This document shows, one piece after another, positions 46,158-59,624 of a DNA stretch of 64,000 bases. The notes under the pieces are model-generated. The model was not told where the DNA came from and searched no databases. It saw only the letters and a program-made list of their open reading frames with translations. This stretch comes from Octopus bimaculoides (lineage: Eukaryota). A program made the position numbers and the translations under genes. Location of the stretch: positions 132,606,423 through 132,670,422 of the forward strand of contig NC_068981.1 in NCBI RefSeq assembly GCF_001194135.2. Direction: 5' to 3'. How positions within the stretch are numbered: position 1 is the stretch's first letter; every line of letters begins with the position of its first letter.

Positions 46158-47543
46158 TTATTAGAACTGCTTTTAATTTGAATTTAATTTGAAAGTAGAA
46201 AATATATGTGCAAGTAGATGTATGACTGGTATGGCTGGTATTTTTATGTTTAGAGCTCCATATAGATTGCCATAACCTAGTCTGCTTTCTGTATAGTTGT
46301 TAATTAAACTACTGTATTGAGTAGTATTACCATTTATGAGCTACAGAGCAAATGTATGAGAAATAAGGATAAACACAAGTTTATATTAAAGTCCCAACAG
46401 GCATTTCACCAATATGGTTGTTTGGAGATTTGGCATAGAAGTTCCCAATATGTGTAGATGTTCAACTACGATGGATCCTCTGGGAGCAGTTTATTGTATC
46501 AAGGTACTGATAACTATGGATACAGGTCTTCATCTTGTAAGTTACTTGGTCACCCTACTGGTGAAGTGTCAGTGCTGGTGCCACATAAAAAGCATCCAGT
46601 GCACCCTGTAAGGTGGATGGTGTTAAGAAAGGCATCCAGCTGTAGAAACCCTGCCAAAACAGACAATTAGAGCCTGGTGTAGCTCTCTGGTTTGCCAGCT
46701 TTTGTCAAATCATGCAACTCGTGCTAGCATAAGAGACAGATGTTAAATGATGATGACAATTATGATGATTCATAGTTACTCCCTTACTCTGTAGTTTATG
46801 ATACTGTTTGTAGAGTTCACATCTTGTTCATACATTCTATTTTATTGGCATGTTTTCTTCTTATTACCACTAACATGACACCATGTATAGTTTTTTTTTT
46901 AATCATTTAACAGGTATTAGAGAGATTGTTTGCGGTGAGACTCTATCCTATGTCACTTCTTATTCAGAATTACTGCTCTTCTATAGTAGTTGTCTGTGCT
47001 GTTACAATACAAAATATGTACATCTCTTTTGTTTTTGGCATAGTTTTATAGTTGGATGTTCTTATTTAGAGTTACCACTTAGTGGTCTAGGTGTCAGACT
47101 CATGATCGTACGATTGTGGTTTCAATTCCTGGACCAGGCGATGCATTGTGTTCTTGAGTAAAGCACTTCATTTCACATTGCTCCAGTTCACTCTACTGGT
47201 AAAAATGAGTAATCCTGCGATGGACCAGCATTCCATCCAGTGAGGAATATATACACCAGAGAAACCCCAAAACCAGTTCCATGCTCCTTAATGGAGTAAT
47301 ATGGACTAACCTAACCATCCAAAAGGTTACAATTGCTGTGTCATTGGCTCTGACCTGAAACTGTCAGCGGTGGGGAATCAAAGGTTGTTACCAGGATGTA
47401 TTTGTTATTCTAGGTTACCAGTTGGGAACTTTTCATTCTAGACTAACAGCAGCTGGGCAACCAAACTATCTACAGCAGTGATTCTCAACAGGGGTTCAAA
47501 TGACCCTTGGGGGTCTATATAAAATTTTGTTGATAAAATTTGT

Positions 47544-47935
47544 GTGGCTGTATGGGAAGAAGCTTGTTTCCCAACCTCACGGTGTCAGGCTCAGTCCCAC
47601 TGTGTGGCATCTTGGGCAAGTGCCTTCTGCTATAGCCTTGGGCCGACCAAAGCCTTCTGAGTGGATGTGGTAGATGGAAACTGAAAAAAGCCTGTTGTGT
47701 ATATGTGTGTGTGTGTTTGTGTCAGTGTTTGTCCCTCTCTACCACTTGACAATTTGTGTCAGTCTATTTACATCCCATAACTTAGGGGTTTAGCAAAAGT
47801 GAGTGATAAAATAAGTACTAAGCTTAAGAAATAAGTCCTGGGGTTTATCTGTTTGACTAAAAAAATTCTTCAAGGTGGTGCTCCAGCTTGGCTGCAGTCT
47901 AATGACTGAAAGAAGTAAAAGAATAAAAGGATAAG
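47544..47935 (+). mobile_element. SINE-B
   Basis: Full head-to-tail homology with 60159-60360 and 56530-56732. Confidence 0.8.
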
Positions 47936-47954
47936 AGAATAAATTGGTTATTCT

Positions 47955-48490
47955 TCTCATCATCATCCAGTGTTTTAAATCCAGGTTTTGTCCCTGTTAA
48001 TGGGGGTTGTTGGATCAATGCCATAGCAACTGCCCTCATGCCATCTCACCACCTTGCCTGGTTTTGGGCATCTTCCTTTTTCAACCCAACCCTCCCAATC
48101 TCCTCCGCCACCTGTCCCCTCCACCTTTTCCTTTCTCTACCTCGCTTTCATGCTCCATTTACCTCAAATGCAATCACCCTCTTCAGAACATGCTCTTCAT
48201 TCCTCCTCAACACATTCCCATACCACCTCACTCCATTCACCCTCGCCAAATATTCCACCAATTCCTCCAACCCCAGCATTCCCATCAAATCCTCAGTCCT
48301 CCTCTTATCAAATGGCTTCACCCCACTCATTTCTTTCACCATTGCTCTCTCTCAGTCCTTCTCAAAATTACCATCTCTCTCTCCCTCAGACACCATGTCT
48401 CACTCCCATACAGCATTGCAGCTCTCACACAACTCATGGACCCTTCCGTTCATCTACAATACACAAAACATTCCATAGACCCTTCCTTTC
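47955..48490 (-). pseudogene. RTE LINE 3' end (second RTE family)
   Basis: Minus strand: CVRAAMLYGSETWCLRE..LRRTERAMVKEMSGV..LARVNGVRWYGNVLRR..RGR..RW, ending in a (GAT) tail. Confidence 0.9.
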
Positions 48491-48549
48491 ATTCTACAAT
48501 GCGCAAAACATTTTAATAATTTTTAAATAAAAATCTTAATGATATTTAA

Positions 48550-48782
48550 CCCTTTCATTACTGTATTTCTTAATAATATTTAACCCTTTCGTTACTGTGT
48601 TTCTTTCAATTATTTTAAATTTAACAAAAATTTAGTAAAATAACTTAGTTATCATTCAGCTAGTGTTAGGAACATAAATTGTGACTATGGTTTGGTGGAA
48701 GATTTTAATTCATGACTTATGAAAACAAGACATTTGTACTACAGAGCCAGAGCCAGTTTCGGCCGGGTTGGTAATGAAAGGG
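48550..48782. mobile_element. piggyBac-type MITE with duplicated left end
   Basis: TTAA|CCCTTTC.TTAC occurs twice (48546 and 48580); right end GGTAATGAAAGGG|TTAA. Confidence 0.85.
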
Positions 48783-50111
48783 TTAATTATAAAAATATTT
48801 CAAGATTTTTAAACAATAAATGGCTATGGGAGTCCACTTGAGTAAAATAGGAATCAAAAGAGTTCATAGGTAAAAAATGGTTGAGAGCCTTTGCTTTTGA
48901 GGCTAGGTTAGTGTTTCATTCTTGCTCAAGTGTTGAGCGAGTGTTAAGGAAGATTATGTAGCTATATTATCAAAATATAATAAATGCGAAAACTAATTTC
49001 TGTGTGTCAGTGTGTCACACTTTTACCCTCACTCTCACTATTCAATAACACTTCTACTATTCCTCATGCTGGGGTGAGAGTAATAGTAGGCATAAAGACG
49101 GTGAGGGCAGTGGCGAACACAAAAAGAGAGGGAGAGAAAGAGAGACAAAGAAATTTAGGGAGAGTTGATGAGGCTTTATTGAAAGTAGTCGTGTTGATGG
49201 TGGCAGTGGGAGTAATAAGAGTGAGAGAAAGAGGGACTGAACACTGATGGTAATGGGATGATAGTAATAGTATGAGTTGTAGTTGAGATAGAGGCAGAGC
49301 CTGCGGTGATGGTGGTGAGAGTAAGTGATGTGAAAGACAAAGGTGATGTTGGTGGAGGGGAAGGTGGCAAAGTCAAAGCACTGATAGTGATGGCATCAGA
49401 AGTCTGAATGGTGTATATGGCAGATGTGGTGGCGATGGTGGTGGTACTGTTGTTTATTATGAAGCTTTGCAATAAGTTCCAAGTCGACAAATTATATCAT
49501 TGTTTTGATGAAAATTGTTCATTGCTTGAAAAATATTGGTCAAATTTAATAAAATTTAATATGTATTCAATGCATGAAGTATTCAATGCATGAAGTGTCA
49601 TTGTTGGGCCCAAGGCCTAATGAAGTGCTCACCACAGTAGCTAGCTTAAATATAGAGAGGGAGCTGGCTGTTGTAGTCTGTAGCTGACTCAGTAGTACAG
49701 ACAGTAGGAGAGAGTCTTTTATCTAGGGGAAGGTTATTGCAATAGAGCTATAGCTGGTAAGCTGATTGTGGAGGGGGACAGCACACACACATACACAGTA
49801 TGTTTACAATGAGTGTGTAAGTGATATCGAGATATTCTTGTAGGATGGTAGAGGGAATGGGAGACCTGTAGATGGTAAAATTTGGTGGAGCAGGTGAGAG
49901 ACCAAGGTTGTCAAATCTGGAAGATGGTTGGTGTGCAGATGTACCAATTACGGTTTTTATGTGCAGTTTGTTCTGCTGCTGGCATGGGCAGAATTGTATA
50001 CATGCTGCATATGTAAATTAGTGGTAGTAATATTTTACACATTGTGGGAGGGGTTTTTGTGAAAACTTTGCAATTGAAAATTATTTATAATAAAACACAC
50101 ACACACACAGA

Positions 50112-50112
50112 T

Positions 50113-50145
<33 letters not shown>

Positions 50146-50450
50146 GTTTAACGTCCACCTTCCATGCTAGCATGGGTTGGATGATTTGACTGAGGACTGG
50201 TGAAATCAGATGGCAACACCAGGCTCCAATCTGATTTGGCAGAGTTTCTACAGGTGGGTGCTTTTATGTGTCACCTGCACGAAGGCCAGTCAGGTGGTAC
50301 TGGCAACGGCCACACTCAAAATGGTGTATTTTATGTGCCACCCACACAAGAGCCAGTCCAGGGGCACTGGCAACGATCTCACTCGAAAATCCTTACACAT
50401 GTCACGGGCACAAGTGCCAGAAAGGCGACGCTAGGCACAGGTGCCATCCC
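50112..50450 (-). mobile_element. RTE LINE 3' tail with internal deletion
   Basis: Matches 14732-15175 but lacks the GATGCCCTTCCTAA..CACTC segment. Confidence 0.85.
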
Positions 50451-52374
50451 GATTTCGCTATATATATATATATAAGCTATATCAAACAGTGGGAATGAGT
50501 GCTCAGCACTGCATTGGTAGATAAAAATGCCCAGAGAAAATTTCTCAGCAATTATAAAGCTTGCCCCATGGGACATTGGTACTTGTTTCCATCTTGGATG
50601 AGAATACACATGCACACAGACACACACACACATATATTTATTTATATGTCTTTGTGTGTATTGAGAAAATAGCTGGGAATAAGAGGAATGAATTTGAAGT
50701 GGTTGGAATCTGTAGAAGAAGGAAATTTTGGAAGATATAGGATAATGTAGAGAAGACTGATCTGGAAGCTGAATCTAATGAAGATGACTGTGATATGAGG
50801 CAACACACAGTGTTACGAAAGACTTGCTCAACTTGCAAGTATGGTGAAATAGTCATTAAAATGGTGCCAGGAACAGAGGATGTGATGCTTGATATATCTT
50901 CATTAGATTTCTCACTCATTATATCTCTACTAGCTGGCCCTGTGCCTTCAAGAGTGATGGCTAATTGTAGTATTTTATATATAAATATGGATGGTAAATC
51001 AAATTAATACACTTGTCAATGTTATCTAGTGGTTGTCTGTTGAGATGTGACATCAATCATCATTTGTTACTGAAAGAACGCTGGTATACACATACATTCA
51101 CATACTTCCCTTGTACACACACACACATACATACATATACTCACACAAAGTTGAAACGCTGTTTGATTTTTCTTTTCAGCATTGCGTGTTCACCATCCCA
51201 CTTCTCTTGCACACACACACACACACACCTCCCTTTTACAAACACATACAGAGTTGAAATGCTCCCACTACCAGTTTGCCATCACCCCTTCGTTCCTTTT
51301 TCATCTATCACACCTTCCTTTCTCATTCATATGTTGTGACAGAGAAAAAAACACAAGAATATAATAGTAAAAGATGTTTGCTACCCTCTCTTCTATTTCT
51401 GATTGGCTGTTTAACTACTGAAAAATGATGCTTGATTTGGTCTGGTTGTAATTAATCTCTTCATCCTCACTCTGTCTTTCATAGCTATAACTCTTTCTCC
51501 CCATGTGACTCTTCATTGGCATCTATTACTCTCATTTACCATTTTCCAACCTCTATTGTTATCCATCACTTGTTCTTTCTCTTATCATCATCACCCACCT
51601 TCATTACTATCCCTTGAGGCTGTTCATGTTAGTTTTTCAGTTCCTCTCCTTGCCATCAACTCACATCTAGCTATCACTGTCTTTCTCACACGACTCCCTC
51701 CCATACCATCTTCTCTCCTCTAACACTTTCTCATTCATACTCATACTCTCTCTTCTTCTTTCGCACTCTTAGTCTTCATTCACTCCTTAATAGTAAATCC
51801 TAGCCTTAACTTTTCAACTTTAATCTGAAACTCTAAACTTAAACTCAAATCTAACCCTAAAACCATAACACTTAACCCAAAATCCGGCTTATTTCTGACC
51901 GAGGCCCTAACCCACTAAATATAAGAAGAGACTTAAATTTTATTTTTGTGCACGTGCATTAGTGTGCTCATCAATTATTTGTTATGAAAACGTTCCCTTT
52001 CAGACATTGTAAATCCAAGATTACCTTCAGTATCTTCAGATAAAATGGGATGGCCACGTCTTTGATCACAGGTTTGTTTGTTCAAAACTGACTTGAGGTT
52101 AAACAACTAGTATAGCCAGCCAAGGTTTCGCAAAAAATATTTAATAATGGAGAAAAATTATTGGGTGACTTTCGATATTTCTTTATGTTTTACTTTGACT
52201 GAAGAAAACTTCATGTTTCTATCTGTTCCTGACATGCAGTGGTGTTATTGAATGCAGTGCCTTAACAATGTAAATCCTTAATTTGTTATTCGTACATATA
52301 ATTAAAAGTAACAAGTGTCACAAACTTTTGATATCTTGTATTCTGTTGAAAGCCTGGTTATTTGTTACCACGTA

Positions 52375-52700
52375 CGAGGAGTACTCCGTCGGTTACGACG
52401 ACGAGGGTTCCAGTTGGTTTGATCAATGGAACAGCCTTCTTGTGAAATTAACGTGCAAGTGGTTGAGCACTCCACAGATACATGTACTCTTAATATAGTT
52501 GTCAGGGAGATTCAGTGTGACATAGAATGTGACAAGGGTGGCCACTTTGAATTACTGGTACTACTCATATTTGCCAACTGAATGGACTGGAGCAATGTGA
52601 AATAAAGTGTCTTGCTGAAGGACACAATGCATTGGTGGGAATTGAACTCATGATCTTACAATTGTGAGCTGAAAACCCTAACCACTAGACCACACACCTT
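52375..52700 (-). mobile_element. SINE with SINE-D-like head and a different central domain (possibly Ceph-SINE type)
   Basis: The head region GGAGCAATGTGAAATAAAGTGTCTTGC..GAACTC is shared with SINE-D. The body GAGGGTTCCAGTTG..GTGAAATTAACGTGCAAGTGG..GAGCACTCCACAG differs. Superfamily assignment is from memory only. Confidence 0.6.
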
Positions 52701-53909
52701 TACCTTTCCTCAGTACATCTGCTTCACTATATTTGATAGGGATTGCCTTCTTAATCTGAATCAGCCAACCATATCTCTTGCCCCTCTTTAACTATTTTAA
52801 TACCAACCCACCCACAACTTTCCCTTGTTCCATGGTACAAATTTCATTTTTTTTAAATGGTCTAAATTAAAACCTTCTATCAAAATTTCCTGTTAACTTA
52901 TGTTCTGCTATTACATTGGTGTAATAACGACAAAGATATTTTGATAAATTCTTCATTATTTTAAAAATTAATTGAAACAAAGACAAACTATATCAACAAA
53001 AAATGCGGTAACAAAAGGGTTAACAGAATTTCTCATTGTAGTTTAACAGTGGCTGGGTAACCATACACTCTATAGACTAGGATAATATTTCATTCTTAGT
53101 CAAGGATTGAGCAAAAGAGAGAGAAAGTTATGGAGGCTATCTCATAATAGTGAAACAAAGTAATCTATATCTTTATAGCTTATATTTTTTATCTTTGTAT
53201 CTCTTCATGGCTAAGCATATGAAGAGATATAGAGAAGGAGCTAGCAGTTGTAGCCTGCAACTGACTCCATGGTGCAGGTAAAAGGAGATAAGCTAGGGGA
53301 GGGGGTATTGTGATAGGGCCATGGCTGTTTATGTGATTATGATGGGGGCAATACACTCACTACAATGAAAGTGAGTGACATGGAGGTATTCTGGTAGACT
53401 GGTAGAAGAGGGTAGCAAGCCCAAGGCTGTCAAAGCTGGGAAAGGGGAAAGTGCAGCTGTACCAACTGCAACTTTGGCAAGCTGTTTATCCTGCTGCTGT
53501 CATTGACACAATTGTATACATGTAGTACGCATAAATAATATTAGAGCTATTATATAGATAATAGTCTTATTTGGCATACCAAGAAAACGGAATATGTGAA
53601 CAAGATGTGGACTCTGCAAGCCACATTGCATGTTTGTGTAAGAGAAGGCATCCTGACACCCACATGCTGGCTAAATGTAACAAACTTACTGTCAGTCTTC
53701 AAGACTATGACTGTTCATGGCTTTGGCATGACTTGATAAGTTTTCTCCATATTGGTTGGTTCTTCACTTGAGTTTACCTCTTATTTATGATCAATTCCTT
53801 ACTATCAATTAGTGCCTAAATTCATTTCATTATTTACATATTCATCATCGTCATCATCACCATCATCATCATCACCATTACCACCACCATTGTCATTTTA
53901 AGATTAGAA

Positions 53910-56530
53910 TACTTAAGATTAGGCCGACATAATAGTTGCTAACCCATGGGTTAGCAACTATTATGTCGGCCTATGCCCCTCAGCCGGTGCTACCTGATAA
54001 ACAGAAAGACCAATTTTATGACACCCTCTTGCAGACTACCTCATCAACGAATGACAGAGACCTTCTCTTTGTGGCTGGTGACTTCAATGAGCATGTTAGA
54101 CAACATGTAGGGGGCTTCCATGGCGTACATGGAGGCTATGGTTTTGATTCCCGCTGTGAGGAGGGAACTAGCCTGCTGGAGTTCTGTGATGCAAATGATC
54201 TTATGGTTTGTAACACTAACTTCAGGAAACCTGCCAATCACCTATTCACCTACCGATCTGGTAGACACACTAGTCAAATTGACTACATCCTCACTAGGAA
54301 ATGGGAAAGATGGCTACTTATAAATGCCAAAACTTTCCCAGGCAAAGAATGCACCCCTCAACATAGACTAGTAGTTAGCGACTTCAGGATCAGGGCTAAA
54401 TGGATTCCCAGAAGACAACCAGCATGGAGGAGAAGGGTCTGGAAGCTTAAGGATCCTGCGAATGGACAGAGATTTAGAGACTTATTACTCAAAGCTTTTG
54501 ACGAAATAGAGAGGGATATAGCATCACATGATGTGGAAGACAACTGGAAGTTTCTACGAGACAACCAGATCTGTGGATGGTGCAAAGTCCCCTCTTAACC
54601 CTAGGTAACATGGTGGTGGAACAATGTAGTTGACAGGGCCATTAGGAAAAAGAAACAGGCATGGAAGAATGGTGGTAGTAGGGAATTGTATCAGACTGCC
54701 AGAAGGGAAGCCAGGAGACAAGTTTATTTAACCAGAGGGGAAGCAGATAAGAAAAAATTTGCTAACGTTCTGCATTGTGAGGACCAAAGACTTGAGGTGT
54801 TTCGTGTTGCAAGACAGTGTGTGAGAGAGAATCGTGATATAGGAGAGAAATGTGTCCGCATGGAGGACAGCTCATGTGCATTTAATGAGGTTGCAAGGAG
54901 AGAGACTTGAAGACACCACTATGAAAGATTGATATATGAAGAGAATGAATGGGAGAAAGAGAGTTTGCCAAATGTCGATCCAACAGAGGGACCAGGTATC
55001 CGAATTGACAGTACCTTGGTAGATAAAGCAATTAAGGGTATGAAGACGGGGATACTTAAAATATCTGGTGGTATTGACTATAGTCTAGTCACCCGTATAG
55101 TCAACCAGGTGATACATGAAGGAATCATACCCAATGACTGGTGTAGCAGTACCATAGTCAACTGCTACAAAGGTAAAGGTGACACATTAGATACAAATAA
55201 TTACAGTGGTATCAAGTTGTTGGATCAGGTAATGAAAGTAACGGAGAAGGTCATAGCCCAACTAGTTAGAGAGAGAGTCAGTCTAGATGAGATGCAGTTT
55301 TGGGCTTGTGGCAGGGAAAGGCACCATTGATGCTATATTTCTGGTAAGATAGCTGCAGGAGAAATACCTAGCCAAAGATAAACCTCTGTACCTAGCTTTT
55401 GTTGACATGGAGAAAGCCTTTGACAGGGTCCCTCGGTTCCTTATCTGGTGGTCAATGAGGAAACTAGGGGTAGATGAATGGTTAGTGAAAGCTGTACAAG
55501 CCATGTACAGAGATGCTGTCATTAAAGGTGGGGGTTGGTGACAAGTACAGTGAAGAATTTTGGGTAGGGGTCCACCAAGGATCAGTCCTCAGCCCCCTCT
55601 TATTCATCATAGTCCTCCAGGCAATAACAGTGGAATTCAAGACAGGATGCCCCTGGGATCTGATGACCTTGCTCTAATTGCTAAGTCACTATCAGAACTA
55701 GAGGAGAAGTTTCAGGTGTGGAAGCAAGGATTAGAGAAAAGTTGAACTTATGAAGCATCAGATGTGGTGTGCAAGAGAGACGACTGCGCTGGTATGGTCA
55801 TGTGTTGTGAATGGATGAGGACAGCTGTATTGAAAAAGTGTCACACCCTACCTGTGGAAGAGATAGATCCAGGAAGATCTGGGATGAGGTGGTGAAGCAT
55901 GACCTTTGAACATTGGGCCTCACCAGGGCAATGACAAGTGACTGAGACCTTTGGAGATATGCTGTGCTTGCGAAGACCCAGCAAGCCAAGTGAGACCATA
56001 ACCGTGGCCTATGCCAGTGCTGTATAACCAGCCCATTTAAGACTACCCTTCAGTCATTGGACAATAAACTATGCTCGCAAAGACATGTTGAGTTAAGTGA
56101 AATCGCTGTAGTGGCCAATGACAGTACCACCTGCTTGGCACCTATGCCAGTAGAACATTAAAAGCACCATTCGAGCATGATTGTTGCCAGGGCCACTGAC
56201 TGGCTCCCATGCCGGTGGCACGTAAAAAAAAGCACCATTCGAGCGTGATTGTTGCCAGTGCTGCTGGACTGGCTCCTGTGCAGGTGACACATAGAAAGCA
56301 CCATTTGAATGTGGCCGATGCTAGTACCGCCTGACTGGCCCTTGTGCCGATGGCACATAAAAGCACCCACTACACTCACAGAGTGGTTGGCGTTAGGAAG
56401 GGCATCCAGCTGTAGAAACTTTGCCAGATCAGATTGGAGACTGGTACAGCCTTCTGGCTCGCCAGCCCTCAGTCAAACTGTCCAACCCATGTCAGTATGG
56501 AAAGTGAACGTTAAATGATAATGATGATGA
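53910..56530 (+). pseudogene. RTE-clade LINE, 5'-truncated, dead (APE endonuclease plus RT plus 3' UTR)
   Basis: APE motifs SAYAPQ, VAGDFNEH, NTNFRK and SQIDYIL. RT motifs IKLLDQVMK, AFVDMEKAFDRV, GVHQGSVLSPLLF and a damaged ADDL, then RWYGHV. Multiple stops and frameshifts, an internal deletion near 55740, and a (GAT)n tail. Confidence 0.95.
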
Positions 56531-56732
56531 TGTGTGTGTGTTTGTGTGTCCCCCCAACATTGCTTGACAACCAATGCTGGTGTGTTTATGTCCCTGTAAC
56601 TTAGCGGTTTTGCGAAAGAGACCAATAGAATAAGAACTAGGCTTACAAAAAATAAGTCCTGGGTTGATTTGCTCGACTAAAAGGTGGTGCTCCAGCATGC
56701 CCACAGTCAAATGAATGAAACAAGTAAAAGAA
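56530..56732 (+). mobile_element. SINE-B 3' half
   Basis: TTGACAACCAATGCTGGTGTGTTTATGTCCCTGTAACTTAGC...GAAACAAGTAAAAGA. Confidence 0.8.
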
Positions 56733-56873
56733 TAGTTGGACATGTTTTACATGACAGACTGGAAACAAATGCCACTATTTGTGTGAGTGTGATACTCATT
56801 TGCAATTATTGCATGCTGTCAAGGCAAGGAGACATGCAAACATGTACATACATACATATATAAAGCTATACAA

Positions 56874-56904
<31 letters not shown>

Positions 56905-56913
<9 letters not shown>

Positions 56914-57200
56914 AGTCTGTTTCTATTGAAAGACTCTTTGGTCATGAATGACCATGGGATTGCACCTAGAAAGTTACCCTCTGAAGCACAAGTTCGAGCA
57001 AGGTTGCTTGTGAAAGGCCAGCAGTCACCCATGCGTACTAGCCTACCCTCTCCATGCCATTAATGTTATCAAAGGGAAAGGCAAAAGCTGATACAGCTTG
57101 GCATCATTGATGTTGCAACTCATTTCTACAGCTGAGTGAACTGGGGCAATGTGAAATAAAGTGTCTTGCTTAAGAACACAACACACAGTCCAGTCCAGGA
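56905..57200 (-). mobile_element. SINE-D
   Basis: Reverse complement of 8060-8316. Confidence 0.8.
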
Positions 57201-58029
57201 ATTGAACTCTTTCTATTTAATAACTACCAAATCTACTCACAAGGCTTTGGTCTACCTGAAGCTATGGAAGACATACATTGAGGGAAATATCTCAGTGAGA
57301 CTGAACCCCAAACCACATGGTTGGAAAGCAAACTTCTTAACCACACAGCCATGCCTGAGGCTGAAAAATTTTTGTAATATTGCTGTTCTTATATCAAAAC
57401 AGCAAATAATAAATATGTTGTTGTATGCAAAGCTTTGTTAAGCTGGAATTCATTAGCAGTATACTAAGTAGTGATGATTAAAGTATATGTGTGGTACAAT
57501 TATATTTAACAAGTTTGTGTACATGTAAACATGGAAAGTCCTTCACTGTGGAAACAGTTTTGAGAGAAGAATTTTTCTCATGTATAATTTATTTGAAAAA
57601 GACATCACCAGGCTATGTAATATTAAATCTATTGCAACCGGTGGAGCTTTTTGGATCACTAAAGTATTACTAATTCTTACAATAGTGTTCAATAATTGGA
57701 ACTGGTTTATTATGAAATAATAAAATACATTTGCTGTTCTCTCACTTTGCATATTTCCATACAGCTGAAGAATTAACTATAGACAGGTTTTTTGTTCAAT
57801 AATTTTCTATGGTACACACCCTAGACATTAGCAATTTATTGCAATTGTATGTTATTTCTGTCACCCAATTTGAAAAGTGCAAACCTGATATTCCATATTT
57901 TAGAAACTTTTTATCCTGCATTCATCAATGTTGCTCATTGTGTAAATGAGTATAGCTTTGGGATAACGTGATATATTTAACCCTTTAATTAATATTGTCA
58001 TTGGTATTAACTCATATCTTAGTAGTTAA

Positions 58030-58510
58030 TGTGTAGCGAGTGATTGAACCTCTTCGTCCTGATGGGTGCTGGTGCCACAGGTGGTTGTTTGGGCCAAGGA
58101 CAGTATAAAAGAGCAAGGGATATTTATTGCAGAGGAGGATTGGTGGAGTACAAGGAAGTGTGAGTCGTTCTTTGCATCTTTGACATCTGACCCCTGCCTT
58201 TTGACATTTGTTATTTTCCACTAGATCCATTCCCTTGACACATGTCGCCACTTTGGATGGTCCATGGCAATTGTCTTCCAGGTATTTGTGTCAATGAGGC
58301 AGCAAAGGAGAGTGGTCTTGAGGTGGTCTTGTAAATGGAATTTGGGTGCTCTGAGTGGTCTGGTGCCTGAGGCCAACTCTACTAAGAGGAGTTGATGGAG
58401 GGTGGGGCGTTTGAGGCATACCAGTGGAAGCAGTATTGTGCCACGGTAGCTTCAATGCTGGGCAGCCTGGTCTGGAGCAGAACCTCTTCAATGGTAATAT
58501 AGTCCTTCCA
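58030..58510 (-). pseudogene. RTE/BovB-like LINE C-terminal relic
   Basis: Minus strand: IEEVLLQTRLPSIEA..HQLLLVELASGTRPLRAPKFHLQDHLK..TWKTIAMDHPKW..RCKER..LCNKYP..LGPNNHLWH. This matches the RTE C-terminus with its terminal zinc-finger-like motif. Confidence 0.75.
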
Positions 58511-59384
58511 TCAAATCCTCATGATTGCTCAAAGTTTGTGGTATTGGAAACATTCGATTTTCTTCAAACCATGTCAATATAAAACCCAACATTTAATTAA
58601 TATAGTTCTGTAGAAACACATTGTCTTTGTTTTATACATTATATTTATTTGCATTTAAGTCACCATAGGTCACAAAATTTATACTATATTTTAATTGAAA
58701 AAATCTGGTGTGTGACTTAAACATGGGTCAAAGTTAAAACAATGAAGGGAAAAAAATTTTGTGCCAAGATTTAACACTAAATTAATAGTGCAACTTGTAC
58801 ACTACTGAAAGTGGTAATTTTGAAAGTTATGAAGAATTTATTAACATAACTTTGTCATTAGGAAATTGGGTTTGCAATGTACCATAAAATTTTGATGGAA
58901 ATTTTTAATTTAGATTTCTTTAAAACATTAAGTTTGTATTATAGAACCAAGGACAGACTTTGGTAGGTTGGTATGAAAAGGGTTTAAAAGTAAGTATTTT
59001 GTTCAGACTTCCACTCCAAGACTGAGTAACTGCAGGTCAGAGATGGAGAATGGGTGAGAAAGTGAATATAATGAAGATTGAGGGCTGATAAGTAGGTAGT
59101 GGTAAGGAAGAGGGAAGAGCAGGTAACAACTGTAGAAATTGGGTAAAGTTGACGGCTGACCATTGATACATATAAGTTGGGGTAGATAGGGGAGGAAAGA
59201 TGACTGACAATGAAGAAAGGATAGGGTGAAGAGCAGAACAACAACAACAATAGTAATAATAATCCTTTCTACTAAAGGCACGAGGCCTGAAATTTTGGGG
59301 GAGGGGACTAGTTGATTACATCAACACCAGTACATAACTGGTACTTAATTTATCGAACCTGAAAGGATGAAAGGTAAAACAAGA

Positions 59385-59575
59385 GAAAAGGAAACCATGA
59401 TGGTCCTCTGGAGGACTTTTATTCTCAGCCACCTGGATTACTGCTCCCAACTGTGGTCACCAAACTGTGTAAAATTAACGACGGAACTTGGGGCAATCCA
59501 GCAAAGCTACACAAAGAACATCAATACAATACACAGCTTTTTTTGTTAAATTAGAAGGGCATGTGCAATGGAAGG

Positions 59576-59624
<49 letters not shown>

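Larger units (their letters stand above)
47476..48893. mobile_element. hAT-like MITE hosting three nested insertions
   Basis: Ends CAGTGATTCTCAAC and GTTGAGAGCCTTTG (10/14 match). The interior is homologous to the unit at 4755-5711. No TSD is retained. Confidence 0.6.

Noticed and set aside
46914-46934. 21-nt microexon candidate (strong T-tract, CAG...GTGAG)
   Set aside because: It gives a stop in the phase required after the 45-nt exon and has no similarity to NLPRAI.
58032-58252. Solo LTR (TGTAGCGA start, TATAAAA, TCGCCA end)
   Set aside because: No TSD, and the minus strand continues the RTE/BovB-like C-terminal reading frame.
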